A DNA stretch of 63,999 nucleotides, the filler included, from Dirinaria sp. TL-2023a (taxonomy: Eukaryota): NCBI GenBank assembly GCA_051941275.1. It is 8 parts of 8 records of this genome, joined end to end, with 100 filler letters (N's around TTAATTAATTAA, not from the genome) between each part and the next. Parts side by side here need not be neighbours in the genome. Positions count along the whole stretch, not along the records: positions 24,161 to 32,101 come from JAVEBF010001253.1; positions 32,202 to 40,135 come from JAVEBF010001254.1; 6 more parts are not named here. The stretch is one strand, 5' to 3'. Under the pieces are notes generated by a model. It did not search any database. It was not told where the DNA came from and worked only from the letters and a program-made list of their open reading frames with translations. This document shows, in pieces, positions 24,061-40,235 of the stretch; position 1 is the stretch's first letter; each line of letters begins with the position of its first letter. The translations under genes were made by a program, and so were the position numbers.

Positions 24061-24160
24061 NNNNNNNNNNNNNNNNNNNNNNNNNNNNNNNNNNNNNNNN
24101 NNNNTTAATTAATTAANNNNNNNNNNNNNNNNNNNNNNNNNNNNNNNNNNNNNNNNNNNN
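24061..24160. other. Artificial contig linker
   Basis: 44 N + TTAATTAATTAA + 44 N. Confidence 0.99.
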
Positions 24161-24228
24161 AAAGGCGGATTTGGACTGTCTACTCTCAGTAGAGATGGAG
24201 AATCTGGGCAACTAAAATGATGTACTAA

Positions 24229-24229
24229 A

Positions 24230-24259
<30 letters not shown>
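24229..24259. repeat. (GAT)n microsatellite
   Basis: About 10 GAT/ATG units. Confidence 0.9.
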
Positions 24260-24261
<2 letters not shown>

Positions 24262-24551
24262 GCAGCACAAAGGCAGAATCACAAGGTAGGGTAGCACACG
24301 ATATTCAAAAGGGGGAAAAAAATGCATTGCAATCTAACAATACTGTATCATGCAAAAGACGCCCAGAGAGAGGAACCCCCTCCCCGCGCGAAGTCCCAAA
24401 ACTCGGCATCAATGTGTTCGTGAAAAAATGCAGCTGTGCAGTCCCGTCTCCTGCAGAACGAGTGACTTCGTGATAATGAACGACACGTCGAAAGCAAAGG
24501 TCATTAGTATTATGAGTCCCGACCTGGGGAACCCCATGGCTGCCGATCGCT

Positions 24552-25820
24552 TTAAGAGCCACTGACCAAAGGCTTGGGAGCGAAGCCGAGCTGCGGCGAG
24601 GAGTCACCGTTGAACACAACGAACTGGCTCTTGAGGAAGATATCACCGAAGATAGAGAAGCCGATACCGGAGTTGGACTGGATCCCGCCGAAGCAGGTGG
24701 TGCCGGAGCTATCCGTGGGAGCGTAGTTGACGTACGAGCCTGGGACGGTGGCCTTGTAGCCGCCAATGGTGAAGCTGATGTCGGGAAGAGTGGTACTGCA
24801 GGGGTAAGTGTAGCCGCCCTGTTGCTGGTCATTTTGAGCGCCGTCGACGCCGCTGTAGTAGTCCGAGACAACACTGTCGTCGACAAGGAGGAGGGTGGTT
24901 CCGGTATCGGCAATGGCGTTGCTAATGGCGCCTCCATTGGTATTACCAACGGTGTAGCCGTCAGCGGAGAAGCCCCAGAAGCCTTGGCTGTTGTCAACGT
25001 CCACATAGGTGATTTCGCCAGTGTGGGCTGAGTCGTCGATGGCGCCAAAGGCGTAAGTGCCGGGCTTGCCCTTCTGGAGATCGGCGGTGAAAAGAGGCGC
25101 CGAGAGGCTGGACTTGACATTGTCGAAGAAGGTCAATTGCTGTTTTGGCTTGACGGTGTTGATCGAGGAGAACGCCAAGCCAAGGAGTCCGTCATTGCCG
25201 GCGTCTTGGGTGAACTGATCGCTGACTTGTTCCGCAAGCTCAACCGCTTGATTGGCGAATGTCGTCTGGCCAACAGTGACCGTATCAGTGTAGACATTGC
25301 CGCTAGAGCTGCTTCCGTCGCCATAGGTGATGTTCCAAGTATATCCTTGAAGCTCTTTTGAGGAGTTGGACTTCGATGGGTTATATATGTCGTGGCCATT
25401 GACCTCATTTGCGGGAGTCTCGGAAGAGAAGACCCAGCTATGCCACCGTCAGCATCTGTCTTTTCAGATTGAATGACTTGCAGCTACTTACAGGTCCGAG
25501 GAACCAGTGTCGAAATCGAGAGTGAGCTGCTGGCCACCAATGGTGACGGGGGTCAAGTACTCGGAATCGTACTGAGTGGGGTTGGTAGTGACAGTGCCGT
25601 CGTTACCAGCAGCCGCCGCCTTGACGTTTGCCGGAGCTTGCTTGCCATACTTGGCATAAACACCAGCAAGCGCAGCGGGACCAGACTTAATGCTGGGCTT
25701 GGCCACAGACTGGCGGACAGTGAAGTCCTTGTTGACCTTCAGGCGCTTATCGACAATAGGAGAGGCCGAAGCGATGGAAATGAGGGCCGAAGCCGCAACG
25801 ACGTTCTGGGTGAAACGCAT
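24552..25820 (-). CDS. Secreted aspartic endopeptidase (aspergillopepsin/penicillopepsin family, A1); intron 25438-25491
   Basis: Signal peptide and propeptide, catalytic [13 protein letters not shown] and [14 protein letters not shown] flap, and [14 protein letters not shown]. Confidence 0.95.
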
Positions 25821-28553
25821 TTTGAACGAAGGACTGTGTTGGACGACTGAGAAAGTGCCGGGAGCTGTAGGAGCTGGATGCAGTTGCTGTTCTCAAGATG
25901 AGGATTGGAAAAGACAGCGAGAGAAGGCTTCTCTTATAGACCGACTTCCCTCTCCAGTCTGGCAATGGCTTGGAGCGTAGAGACCGCCATACCGGCCGCG
26001 TCGGACGGCGGTCAGGAGTATAATACAGCAATAATAAGAATAGCGAAGGATGGCAGGAGCGGACATGCCTGGTTCAGGAGGTCGCAACATCGCTATCAAC
26101 CTATCCAATGGCCCAAGCGTGCACGAAATGCTCGGTAGGTGTTAGATCTGGAAGGCCAGTGGTTGTATCTCCGGGGCGCCGTTGTCGATCATCCGCCATT
26201 GCACCAAGGACCATTGAGATGCATGAGGCTGATTTGACGGCTTGTTCGGAGTGCATCATTTGGTCAGAACCCAATCACGGGTTGCGGAGAGCGTCCAGTG
26301 ACGAAGCTCGGTCCCGGTGGACAGTGCGGACTCGGTGCAGTCTCAGCATGGCTTCTTTTGATTCGCCGCGCAGATCAGGGGCGAGTTGCTGTCAAGATGA
26401 GGAGGGGCTGGCCAAGAAGTCGGGTGTAGCGCTATAGCCTGTACCTGCATTGGACAACCATCATCCATGAAGAATCAAACCCTTCGAGAAGGTGGATGGC
26501 TCGGTGGGCAGTCGAAGGATTGGACGAGATTAGGCGATAAGCGGCATTGAAGGGCTGTTGATGGTTGCAGCTAAGGAAGGACCAGGCAGGTGGAATGCGG
26601 CGACATCTCTGTATGGAGAAGAAGCCTGAATAATCATAATAATGAAGGAAGCAAAAATTTCTTTCAGGGATTCAAAGTACCTTACATAAGGTAAGGTAGT
26701 TAGTCCGCTGTACCGTAGGGCAAGGGTAATCTATACAAGGGGATTTTGCCGTTAGAAGCATGACGAGCGTGGCTGTCGAGGCTGTGTGAGTGCATGAGTG
26801 TGTGAGAGAGAGTAGTGTGTGTGCCTGTGTTCCTGTTGTGTGCCTGTGTGGGGGAGCGCAAAAGGAGTAGGAGGGGGCAAAGAGGGGCACGAAGGAATTG
26901 CCAAGGGCAGTCTTGGCAGATCTGTGCGGCGCACGGCTCGCTCCGCCAACAAGAATCCTCCATCCTCAGGCACCCTCGGCACCACCCAAACATTACCTTA
27001 TGATTTACTTTATGATCCTGTCCAAGTTGGAAGGCGAAACATAAGGTACCTTATCCAGTGGTTGTCCAACAACTAGTTTGCCTAATTTTGGAAGATTGGT
27101 TCCGATATCATCCTTGCATTGCGACTGTAATAATACCGGAGGGAAACGAGAATTCCTACTCCTCCCCTATGACACAATGATGTGACTTGATGAAAGTCAG
27201 CGGATCAATGGACGGAGGACGGAGGACGGCAAACGGCAGACCGGCAAGGATGAAGGAAAACGCAAGTTGTTAGCTTTAACAATTGTTAGGTTTCCCATCC
27301 TCAACCTCATGCAGATCTCCGCTTGGATCTATTATTACTACTTGACATAGTACAATTACCATCACCCCTGCCTGCCTCAGGTACAGAGCCAGTCAGCGCC
27401 TCAGCCCGTGCACACCTACCTATCTTGCTGTAGCTACCTACCCAAAACAACTGTTCCCGTCTTGATCAATCATTTACAGCTCTCAAGAGGCAGCTCATTG
27501 CCAACTTCCCAAGACCCAAAATGTCTTCCGAGCTCCGATGGCAGCGAAGCACTACCTTAGGCGGTAATGGGTCGGCGCCGCGGCCTACACGCAAGCCGTC
27601 ACTTTGCCGCAGCATTTCCATGTGAAGGTGCATTCGTCTGGTACCTTATTCCATACCTGAGGTACGCTATTTGTGACTTCTTGCCGAGGTTGTAGGACGA
27701 TTCTTCTCTTCGCGTTTTTTCAAAGCCTCCCTGCGCTGAACTTGCCGAGAGTCTACAGGTGCTTTGAAATAATATGATCGAAAATGATCATCCCTATTCC
27801 GTCAGCCAGGATCGTTATCGATCACATCAAGTCATTCGCACCATCTCTGTATGGCTGGCTGGACGAGTGCGAATGGACAAAGAAACAGCCAATCGTCTGA
27901 ACAGGTATTGGGGCTTTAGAGATTCCTTGGTCAATCACTCTCATGCTTCGAGCGGCATGAACCTTCTATCGTCTCCATCGGCCTGAGTGCTGACCTGGGG
28001 AGCAAATTGACGCCTCAATCCTGATGGGTTGTAAGTCGCATTGACAATGAACTCTTACCACTTGCCAGGTGTGACCAGTGTCCCAATTGCAACCGCTTTA
28101 GACCAGATGCGCATCAACGAGTTGGGGATAGTAGAACTGATTTGGCAATGAAGGATTAGCAGACAGGATATCCGAGTCTGCTAAGCCAAGAACATCCGCT
28201 CCCTCAAATGAAGCATGCGAATGGAAAGCGGCAATCCATCAATGCATTACGAGGTAGAATGTGGCCTGCGTGGCGTGCATCGAACTCGGGAGGCCGAATA
28301 GCAGACCATGCATCAGATTAACATTTGCTTCATGGTTTGAGGAGTGATCCCGATACATGAGCCTGGGCTGCAAGGATTCTAATTAGGCTGTCTAATGTGG
28401 CAAGTAAGGTGTGGAAGAGATCCCATCTAAAAGCAGAATATGGCCAGCATAAGCTTACAAAGGCCCCCGAAAATCGCTCAGATTTGCCGCGCCTCTCGAA
28501 CATGCTATTAACCGCTACTCTTACACTGAAGCAGAATACCACCCCGACCGCCG

Positions 28554-30035
<1,482 letters not shown>

Positions 30036-32101
30036 GACTATCTTAGAGTCCCAGAGTCTTGATACCTGCGTGAGAAAGATATAGGAGTGGGGCGGGATGG
30101 TTCACTTTTGGTTAATATCGGATCCTGGCTGCTGAATGATACCGAATTTTGGCGGGAAAGGGGGACGGCTCGTCCGTTGCACTATTGTTGCATCACCCGG
30201 TGTGCTGCAAGTTGAGGGGCTGTCCCAGAGATCTTAAGTCTGAGCCCACAGAACCTAACAGGGAGGTTAGTTACATTAAATCAGCATGGCTTTTGATAAA
30301 CCTCATACATCCAGTGAACATGAATCCTAGCCCTGGTAATTTGAATAGCAGACGAAAAAAGTTTATGGATGTTGGCTATCTTTGAAACATTCTTGGCCGA
30401 GTCACAAGCAAACCGTCTCCGTTGCCGGTTCTAAATTGGCTTGTTATGACGACGCAGATCAGCTGTCAGTTGATGAGACGTATGTGTTCGGTGCGTCAGC
30501 GGTTATATGAGTGCGTAAGGTGGTGCCTGAGTTCAATTGCAGCCCGCTGGACGATCCTCTCGAAATGTTCCAGCTACTATCGCCAGGCTCAGTCTCGAAG
30601 CCGAAATTGAATTGCTGTAGGATTGAGCTCGCTTGTATCGCACAAGGTTGTGTTCCGCAAAGGTCCCTGAGCAGCACTGCTCGCCACTCTTGACTTAGAC
30701 AGGGTAGCAAGCTGTTGATCGTACTCTTCCTTAGGGGCCTCCGCTATTGACAGTATACTCGAAGTTCTATCTCGTTCGCAATACCTCTCTAGATCTATAT
30801 ATGAATTTAGAAGCTGGTTTCGACGCTAAAACTTCCAGAGGACCTTGCGACAGCTAACCTTTACTCTTGAAGTTGCGGAGAAGGGAGGCCCAAGATTTGC
30901 GGTGACAGATGTGTCGCTATGCTTGCTTGTTCGGTGGATTGCGAAGTATATCCCGGCGATGAGGTTACAGTGCTTAACGTATGAGGAAGGGGAAGTTCGG
31001 CTTCAGGATCTATCATTCTTAGCCAAGTACTTGCCACCAATATGTATTGACGGGAATTTTGCAGATTATACTCACAGCGGTCCCAAACTTGGCAGTAGTC
31101 ACGAGCTTAAAGCACCGTGCATGAAAACCGACCAGGGGATTCGAGCGTGGATCTATGAAGGCTATTTCAGCATCGAGGACCGAGCGGCCGCGGGAAGCAA
31201 CAGTGGAGAGGCGGTGAGCTTCGATGGTAGGGGTTCTGATGTCAGGGAGGCTCGTCCAAGGCGTTTATGCTCGCACGGCAGCCGCGTCTGAGAGTGGGAT
31301 GACAGGGGTTGGGGGTTAGGAGAGGGATAGGCCCGAGGTCTCACTGCAGGCGCAAGGTCGAGCAGGATGTAGGTTGCCGGTACAGGCGCATCATCTGGCC
31401 TGTCTAGAGAGTGAGGCCGGGGGGGGGGAGAATTATTTTTGACAGGACGAGACAGTACAGTAGTTATCGATAGGGGCTTGATCGCTGCTTATTAGCAGAT
31501 CGTAGATTATGGGAAAAGGGAAAAGGGAGAGATGGTATTGTACTGGAGTAGTAAGCGGAGAGGGTGGAGGATTGCATGCAGCGGTCAGGTTGGATTTGGC
31601 GTCCGGGGATGATTGGCGATACCTTCTAGCGAGACGGCCGGAGCAATGGTGGAAGCTCAGCCAATCCCATGCCCAAGAACAGGATCAATCCGCAAGAAGG
31701 AGGAAAGGGGCCTCCTTTGTGTGACCAGGGCTGATGTGCAAGGGAGCGTATTGAGGGACGGTCGACGGGACCTGGGCAAGTACCTAGTGTCCGGGTTGTC
31801 GTTGTCGACTTGTAGTAGTAGTAGTGGTAATGGTAGTGGTAGTAATAATACCTACCTTAGCTGTGGTTGTGTGCAGTGGATGCAGTAGTATCGCATGGCA
31901 AAAACGGATACCGACAGGCATCATTACGAACCTTGACCCATCACCATGGAACCGCGTCAGAGGAACGGCTCCGAAGCAAAGATGATCGACTAGCCAGTTC
32001 GCAAGTGGCACGCATGGAAGACGCTTGGAAGCTTTGGAAGCCTTCTACGCTCGACGCAGACACACTCTATTTCCATGCAAAGGCGATCATCTGTCTTGTT
32101 G

Positions 32102-32201
32102 NNNNNNNNNNNNNNNNNNNNNNNNNNNNNNNNNNNNNNNNNNNNTTAATTAATTAANNNNNNNNNNNNNNNNNNNNNNNNNNNNNNNNNNNNNNNNNNN
32201 N
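32102..32201. other. Artificial contig linker
   Basis: 44 N + TTAATTAATTAA + 44 N. Confidence 0.99.
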
Positions 32202-33365
32202 CCCACCTACCCACCTACCCACCTACCCATCTTACATTACGCCTTCCTCCCTTGGCTCGCTCAACCTCCCTCCCTGCAGGGTCGTCTGAGGAGCTTGCAG
32301 AACTTGTGGGAGAATTACACTACAACTGGGTCGCACCCGTACCCTTGGCGGCGCATAAAGCCCTTCGCATTCTCCATCGACCGTTGTGGTACTGGCCGGT
32401 CCAATCCACCCTCGACACTCCAAAACCTACACTGTTTGCTTCGACAATTGATAAGAGCCATCTCGCTAGCCATCCAACGAACAACATCACTGCCTCTTGC
32501 CAAAGATATATCTCCTCGTCCACCTACGGCCCGCAGCAGCTATCCGTCCTGGTAAGCTCCCACATACTCCTTTGATTGCTTTGCTTACTCCCCCCCCACA
32601 CAACTGCATTTGGCGTGCATCTGTCTCGTACTCTCCATACGAACATATCAATTGCACCACCATCCATGCTTGTTTACTTCCTGGTCTAGCCGGATCAAGG
32701 TAAACTAGGCTGCTTGCTAGCTTTGCCTCGTTGCTTGCATGGTCACCGTTGCCTTCCCTATCCAATGGCTTGTGCCCCGCCCCACTTTGCATTGTGTTTG
32801 ATAGTTCTCTTCAGTCCTCGAGAGTTGTCAGGCTATACCTCGCTAACTCCGTCCTAGTCAAGACGTCACACCAGGAAAAACTCGGGTTGAACCAGAAGCG
32901 AATTGAGCGAGGCAGACTATACCAAAGCCTGTATCGGTAGGTGTGTACCTTGTCGCTTATCATTTTCGCACGACATCCTTCTCGAGGTTCAGTACAAACA
33001 TTCGGTCATCCGTCGTTGTCCTGTTCCGTACTACGGCCAACAATATTTCATTGGACCTCACTTTTGCTTTTCGTGGACCGCCTTCAAAGCATATATCTGA
33101 CGCGTCCCAGCATTGCAAAGCTCAAGCTGTTCGGTCTCCTGCGGTAGTGGCCTTGCCGATGCGGATTTCAAGAGCTATAATTTGCTGGTTGTGATTAGCT
33201 TCGACTGCCATATTGCGCTTTGCAAGTCTTATAGAATCTGAAGCTCAGCTCGCCTCATCGTCGCCAACAGTTGCCATACGTATAATCCCTGGGCCGCAGT
33301 AGCTGGGCTGAAGGTCAACAAGATCTGCAGCAACATTGCCCGGAGCTACAACACACAAACTTGTC

Positions 33366-35289
33366 ATGCCAGTGCCCCGTAAGTAATTCCTCATTTTCCT
33401 ACTCACGGACCTCTTTTAGCTTCTGTGGCCTGCAATGCCCCTAGACGCCTCTAGCTCTCCACTGTGTTACAATTCCTATTTCTCAAGTGTGTCTAAGGCC
33501 TGTGTTTGCTCACGTGTTTCCAATTCCAGCTGAAAACACCGTTAAGTTCGAAATTCCGGTCCCAATGACCAGGAAGGACAAATCTAACACAAACTACAAC
33601 CTTGACCCTACTTCAAACTTGGACGAGCTAGATTTCTTTGATATGGATGCTACGGGCAATTCCAGTCCCTTCATCAAATCTGAACCCGACGATTATACTT
33701 TCCCGACGCACGACTACGGTCCTAATCAGCGAGAATACGGTATGTCCATGGGTCATAATTTCGCAGGCGCGAACGGCAGTGTCGACCCATCCGAACTTAC
33801 GATGCCGGATAACAATTTTACGAATTACAATATGGGATCACAGCAGAACATGTCGTCTAGCTTCAATCTTGGCAACTCCGGCATAGGCGACGATGAACTT
33901 CTTGATCTTGATTTGAATGAGGGATCCCGTAATCCGAGCCACTTCAATCAAGGCGAAGGACAAATGCAGGACTTCTTCTCTGGCCATGGCAATCAAAACT
34001 CTACCGGTGCCGGCCAGAATCACATGGATCAGAATTATCCTCTCAGCCCCAGCGGCGATCCGATTCAGAGTCCATTCAATCAAGCTAACTTTAACTATGC
34101 GCAATACGCCCAGCTGCAATCCCAACAGATGGTCAATGCCTCACCAAGTATGAGACCGGTGCAGGCGGGATCGTTGGATAGTAGCTATATGAACACTAGA
34201 CCCAGGCAAAGGATGTCACATCCGATGGATCGTCAAGTTTCGGACTCTCGCAGCCCAATGACACCAAAGACTCCCGGAGTTGGCGGACTGAATCTCGGCA
34301 CACCAGAATCTGGGAGCCTTCCCTCGCAGCCCATTCGCGCAAATTTCAATCAGCATCGGCATCAAAAGAGCTTGTCCAATCAATGGGATAGTACGCCAGG
34401 GAGCCTGCATTCGTATATTGATTCGCCAATCTCGTCCCCAGGTCACGCTGCCAACCACCCACAGATTACTGAGATCCTGAAATCAGGCAAACAGATGTCA
34501 CTCCCGGCTAAGGTCGACACAGGCCATCAAGCTGTGCCAGGGTACCAGACCCAGGAAGCCAAAAGACGGCGGCGCCGAGAATCACACAATATGGTGGAGC
34601 GACGTCGCCGCGATAATATCAATGAGCGCATCCAGGAGCTCTCCCACCTTGTCCCAATGCACCGGCTCGAAGATGAGAAAGTTCGTAAACACATTGCTAA
34701 TAACTCCCCGCTGTCGCCCACCCTCGCGGCCACAGGCCGCAGCCCACCTCAAGCGACCTCTTTACTCGCTGGTGGCGGACGGCGCGCAACTGGCGCAGGG
34801 AGTATCAGTATGGGCATCCCAATCGAGGACAAAGATAAAGGCCCGAACAAAGGCGACATACTTAACGGCGCCGTCAGTTGGACTCGCGATCTAATGTGGG
34901 CGTTGCAAGTGAAGCTGCAGCAAGAGTCCGAACTCGCGGATCTAATTGCCTCACTTGGTGGCCAGTTCCCTTTCGAGCAAAGCGAAGATGAGAAACGCAT
35001 GCGCACCGAACTTACGAATGCGATAGCAGACAATGACCCGAGCTCCTTCTCATACTCGCGAGGAATGGGGAGTTCGTTAAGAGTGCCAGGCCATACAAAC
35101 ATCATGGGCGAGCCTCTAAACCAGGGACAGATCGGTGCCTTGAGCCCGCAAAGCGTGAGCCCTGGAGTACAGTCGGGCGGCAGTGGTACCAATACAGGGG
35201 GCCACGCACATCCACAATTCTGGCCGCGAAACGACCAGGATAATGGAGGGTTCAAAGAGGAAGATGAGTACGGTATGGACTTGCAATGA
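33366..35289 (+). CDS. bHLH(-ZIP) transcription factor, Rtg3/MiT-TFE-like; short first exon MPVP, intron ~33379-33529
   Basis: KRRRRRESHNMVERRRRDNINERIQELSHLVP...KGPNKGDILNGAVSW. ATG CCA GTG CCC C|GTAAGT...CAG|CT GAA AAC joins in frame. Confidence 0.9.
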
Positions 35290-36638
35290 TATTGATCCTA
35301 CCTGCCGTCTACCTCTATTTTCAAGGAGATTTGAAGGGGGCAGGTGGGAAGTGTGGTGCAATCACGCCATTCTCATGGTTGCTTTCAGCTCCATTCGTTT
35401 CAATATCCCCCACTTCTGCATGTCCGGTTTCCCGCATTTTCCCCGCATAATTTTTTGCCTTATTCGACAGCACAGCACAGCATTCAGTGGAGTGGTAAAG
35501 GGGTTTAGTTTAAGGGGCGGTGTTGTTGGCTACATATACCACTCCTGTTTTTGTTTTCCATCGTTTTAGTATCATGTTTTGAGCATATCTGGGGTTTGCT
35601 TACTGTTGTTGCTGGACAGCGTTCTCTTTTAGGCGGCGTTAAGTGGAGGTGGACTTGTGTCAGATGTAGGGTATGTGGGAAAGCGCAAGATTGTCAGATC
35701 TCCTTGCTCCGTAGCTGTGTCACAGCGCGCCCATGGCTTGAGGCCGGCGCATTAATCTATCATTGATTTTCCTCGTCATCAAAACCATTATTTTCATTGG
35801 GCAGACTGGAAGCCACCGCGAGGGACCCAGGGTGATTGTACATGCAGACGCCCATCTTGGCCTAAGAGGGAAGTCTACCTATTGCACTGGGGCCTTCATG
35901 CGACACTGTCGAATCGGAATTTTTGATGCACTTCAGCAACGGCATGCGCAAACCGTATGACTTGTGACTGTTTGCTTGCAGCAATCGCATTGTCGCCGTC
36001 GCATCTAAATTCCAATACTCCCGCCAAGCCTTGTTAGATCGAGGCAGACCGTTGCCCCAAACTCATTGGAGCTAGTTCCAGCACTACTATTCCTCCTCGA
36101 CTCCTTGAGCCATAGGCGATTTGGGATTCCAGGTTGAATAATAATATCGTTGGGGGAGCTGGTGGTTGTAAGTTGTGCGGCGTAGACCCTGGACTGATGA
36201 TATGCCGCTCCCGGAATTAGGAATATACTCGCATAGAGAACAGAAGATGAAATGTTCTGCTAAAGGAAAGACCACCAATCCTAAAGTACCTATGTACTGA
36301 ATATTAGGTACGTTACCTTAGTGCCCTTACCTCTACCTACCTTAGTCTATCTCCCGAGTGCCATGTCATGCCCTACGTACCTTACCTTAAGGTATGTACT
36401 TTAGAATCAACGTCACAGCTCGCGCTTGCCAGATGCAGTCTAGCTACTTCACGTCACCTATCTTAGGGGCCAGGGAAGCAATAGAAGATTCGACGTAACT
36501 GGGGCAGTAATCGTCTCAGACGTTAGAAGGTCGCTAAAATCAACGTCTTTCCTTCGATCACCTGTCGAAAGCGTATTATTACACTTCAAGAGCAATGCCA
36601 ATCATGCAGCGTCGACGCTCAATATCGCGTTCAAGATT

Positions 36639-39600
36639 ATGGCCCTGAGAGCTCGCGATGCAGGCATAGCAGCATTAGCAGCCTTTATCGCTTGGGGCCT
36701 CCTGGTGAAGTGGGCTCCTATACTGCGCTACTTTGGATACGCTTTCATCGCTGGTATATCTATCACAGTTATCTCCGCCGGGCTTCTTGTTTTAGGCAGT
36801 ACTCGTACCAGGCGCAATGCCGAAAGCGAATCGGTCAATACCCCACGGACCGCGTCGTTCATTACTCCGGAAGCGTGGAAGGAGGAAACAGCATGGCTCG
36901 CAGCCCTATCCGTGTACTTGAAGGAGCCTCTCTACCCGCAGTCATCCATCATATCTAAAGCCGTCGATGACTTGTTAGAATGGTTTCTTCGGGACTTGGT
37001 CACGTCTTGGTACAAGAACATCAGCGGTAGCCCAAATTTTGTCAACGAAATCGATCGTGCAATACGCGTGGCATTGGTGAACCTCAGAGACCGGATACTC
37101 GCCATTGATACTGTTGAAGTCGCTGTATCACGCATAATACCTATGATCACTGCACACCTGAAAGATTTTTACGAGGCCGAACGGGCAGTCAGGGGCAAGC
37201 ACCTTAATCGGAATGTTACAGAATCAGAAGAACTAGATCTTGCAATAGCTAGGAAATACCACGATGGCAAACTACATCCTGCAGCGTCGCTGGCATATTC
37301 CGATCTCAAGATCGTACAGCAGGAACACCTTCGGCGCACCATACTCAGGCTGCTGCCACAGATCTTGCCAGACAATGTTTTAAGCAGTCGAGCTGTCTCT
37401 GTGCTCATTAAAGAGATAGTGTCCTGCGCGGTCTTCGCTCCGTTGATGCAAATGCTCTCCGATCCGGATACGTGGAATCAGTTGCTGGAGGCATATGGTC
37501 GCACGATGCTACAGGATCGCAAGACTGTCCGCAAGCTCCGAGCGGCTCTCGATCAGCATGCATCTCCGGTGCCTAAAGCTGTGACCCCCAATGCCTTTCC
37601 CAGGCTATCGCCCAATGACGATGAACGAAGATTCGAGCGTTTCATTAGAGCCATCCGTCAATGCAACAGTCTTTCAGAAGCACGAAGATTCAGAAGCGAA
37701 ATCGCCAGCCAGCTTACACGAGAGTCTATGGCCGAAGGAAATAATCAGATATATCTGCGACGTTTGCAAACGGGCAAGCACCTCCTGGACCAGAAGGTTG
37801 GCAAGCTGAGCGCCGTTGGTATCGTGTCTGGCACGCCTGTTGGCAGAACCGACTTCCGCAATGGTGTAAACAATCCTCAATCCTACAAAAAATCTGTAGT
37901 GGATGTCATGCATGATGCATCGGGGCTTTCGTATTTTATGGAGTACATGGACAGACAGCGCCTGATGACATTGGTGCAGTTTTGGATTGTTGTCGACGGC
38001 TTCCGAAACCCCCTGGAAGACGAGATGCTGATGGACGACGACTTTTCTGGGGGTCAGCCGCAATGGACAGATGCTGATAGGTCAGATCTCGTGCAAATCT
38101 CTGAGGCTTACCTTTCTAAGCCGGAAATGAAAGCATCTGAAGGAGCAAAAACTGCCGTGCGTGCGTTCATAGATGCTGGGAAGAGTGCAAGTACTTTGCA
38201 ATATCTTCAAGCTCGAGGAGCTGTAATGAAAGTACAGTCTACAGTACTTGAAGAGCTCCAAGAAACCCATTTCCCCAAATTCAAACAATCGGATCTATAT
38301 TACAAGTATCTCGCTTCCGAAGACGCATCAGCAAAAAACGTTCCGAGGCCAGTGGCACGAGCTCTAAAGGCACCATCAATCGATTCGATTCCTGAAAGTC
38401 CAACCAAACGACCTGCGCCTTCGAGACTGTCTTCCAGCAGGATGTTGAGTCGTACGGATCTACGAAGAAATGCCGCTTCCAACACCGATTTGAAGTCGGC
38501 GTCGAAATCCGCAGATCCCGCACAGCAAGGGCGCCGTTCGCTTGATATCAATACTTCGGGGCCCCTCTTTGATGATGACATCGACTCCGATTTCCTTGCC
38601 AATTCTACGCATAGTCTCGACCGCGAGTCACTGAACGGTGATTCAGCCAATGGCAACCAAGAGCACATGGTGGAAGCAATGGAAGCGGCATTAAACGACA
38701 TCATGACTGAAGACCCTAGGAACGATGACGGCAGGGGCTCCCTATTTGATTCTGCGGATACGAACTTTCTGAGCGATAAAATATCGGACTCGCCCCGCAG
38801 TTCTGGCGAGTTCCTGAGGGTGGAAGCAGGGTTCTCCGAGAAGGAACGCCAACGACCAAACCTTGCGTCTCTGGGCCTTGTCAACACGTCTTCTCGTATT
38901 GGTGTCTTCACAGATGATGACTTATTCGGCGACGAGGAGAAGTTCAGCGAAGATGAACACGCTGACACGGAGGAGACACAAGGCGATAGACAGATTGAAG
39001 AAGAAATACATCAAGCTGCGCCCGGCGATCTTGGCCTGGCTGAAGCTATCTCCGCGCTGACCCTTGACATTGAGCGACTCGTTGCTCAAGAATCGGTCGT
39101 AGATACTCTCAACCGCAAAGCGGAGCTGACCAACAACCTCGCGGAACTACGGATCTTAGGAAAATCGAAGTCGAGTTTGCAGCGCGAGATAAGGCGGAAG
39201 GAGCTGCAGCGGCAGCAATATATCGTACAAGAAAGTGACAATAGTCTGTACGGGCGAGCGACAGTCAATATCAAATCAATCATGGTTGGCAAAGAAGACG
39301 ACGGACAAGAATTCGCTCTCTACATCATTGAGGTCCAACGTAAAGCCAATGAACAGTTGGCTGCGGCATCATGGGCCGTGGCTCGTCGCTATAGCGAGTT
39401 TCACGACCTCAATCAGCGACTTCGAAACTTTTATCCCGCCGTTCGAAATCTCGAGTTCCCACGACGGCGGCTCGTCATGAAGCTGCAACGAGACTTCCTG
39501 CAGAAACGCCGAAACGCGCTGGAGAGATACCTCCGGGAACTTCTCCGCCTGCCGGCAGTGTGCCAAAGCCGCGATTTGCGAGCCTTCCTCTCTCAGCAAG

Positions 39601-40135
39601 CGATCATCTCCGCGAAAGACACCACCCGCGATGGCGAACGCAGGGACATCATCTCCCGCATCTACAACTCGGTCACAGACGGCATGGATGAATTCCTCGG
39701 CAACGTCCCCGTCCTCGACCAACTGTCCATCGCCGGCCAGAACCTGATCTCCGCTGCAACGTCGCAATTCAACAGCATGCCCACCACCACTGCCGGCATC
39801 ACCGCGGCAGGAGCAGCGGCATCAGAAGACGAAAGCAGCCCGATCCCGACCGACGAAGCGCGCGCCGAGCTCCTCGCCTTTGAAAACAAAGACCAGCTCG
39901 AACCCTTCGTCAAACCGATCTGCGATCTCTTCCTCGAGACCTTCGAGCTCAACCGAGGCAACAACTGGCTGCGCGGCCGTGCCGTAGTCGTCGTCCTCCA
40001 CCAGCTCCTCGGCGGCACAGTCGAGCGCAAAGTCCGCGAAGCCGCCCGCTCCGTCTTCGCCGAAGAATCGGTCGTGAAGTACCTCAACCTCGCCAAAGAC
40101 ACCATGTGGCCCCCTTCCCCCTCCCCCTCCGCCAC
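36639..40135 (+). CDS. PXA-RGS-PX-(Nexin_C) sorting nexin, Mdm1/SNX13-14-like; 3' truncated by contig end
   Basis: Two N-terminal TM helices; PXA (LRDLVTSWYKNIS...DPDTWNQ); RGS (GLSYFMEYMDR..LVQFW); PX (VARRYSEFHDL...FPRRR); Nexin_C start (NNWLRGRAVVVVLHQLLGGTVERK). Confidence 0.92.
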
Positions 40136-40235
40136 NNNNNNNNNNNNNNNNNNNNNNNNNNNNNNNNNNNNNNNNNNNNTTAATTAATTAANNNNNNNNN
40201 NNNNNNNNNNNNNNNNNNNNNNNNNNNNNNNNNNN
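40136..40235. other. Artificial contig linker
   Basis: 44 N + TTAATTAATTAA + 44 N. Confidence 0.99.
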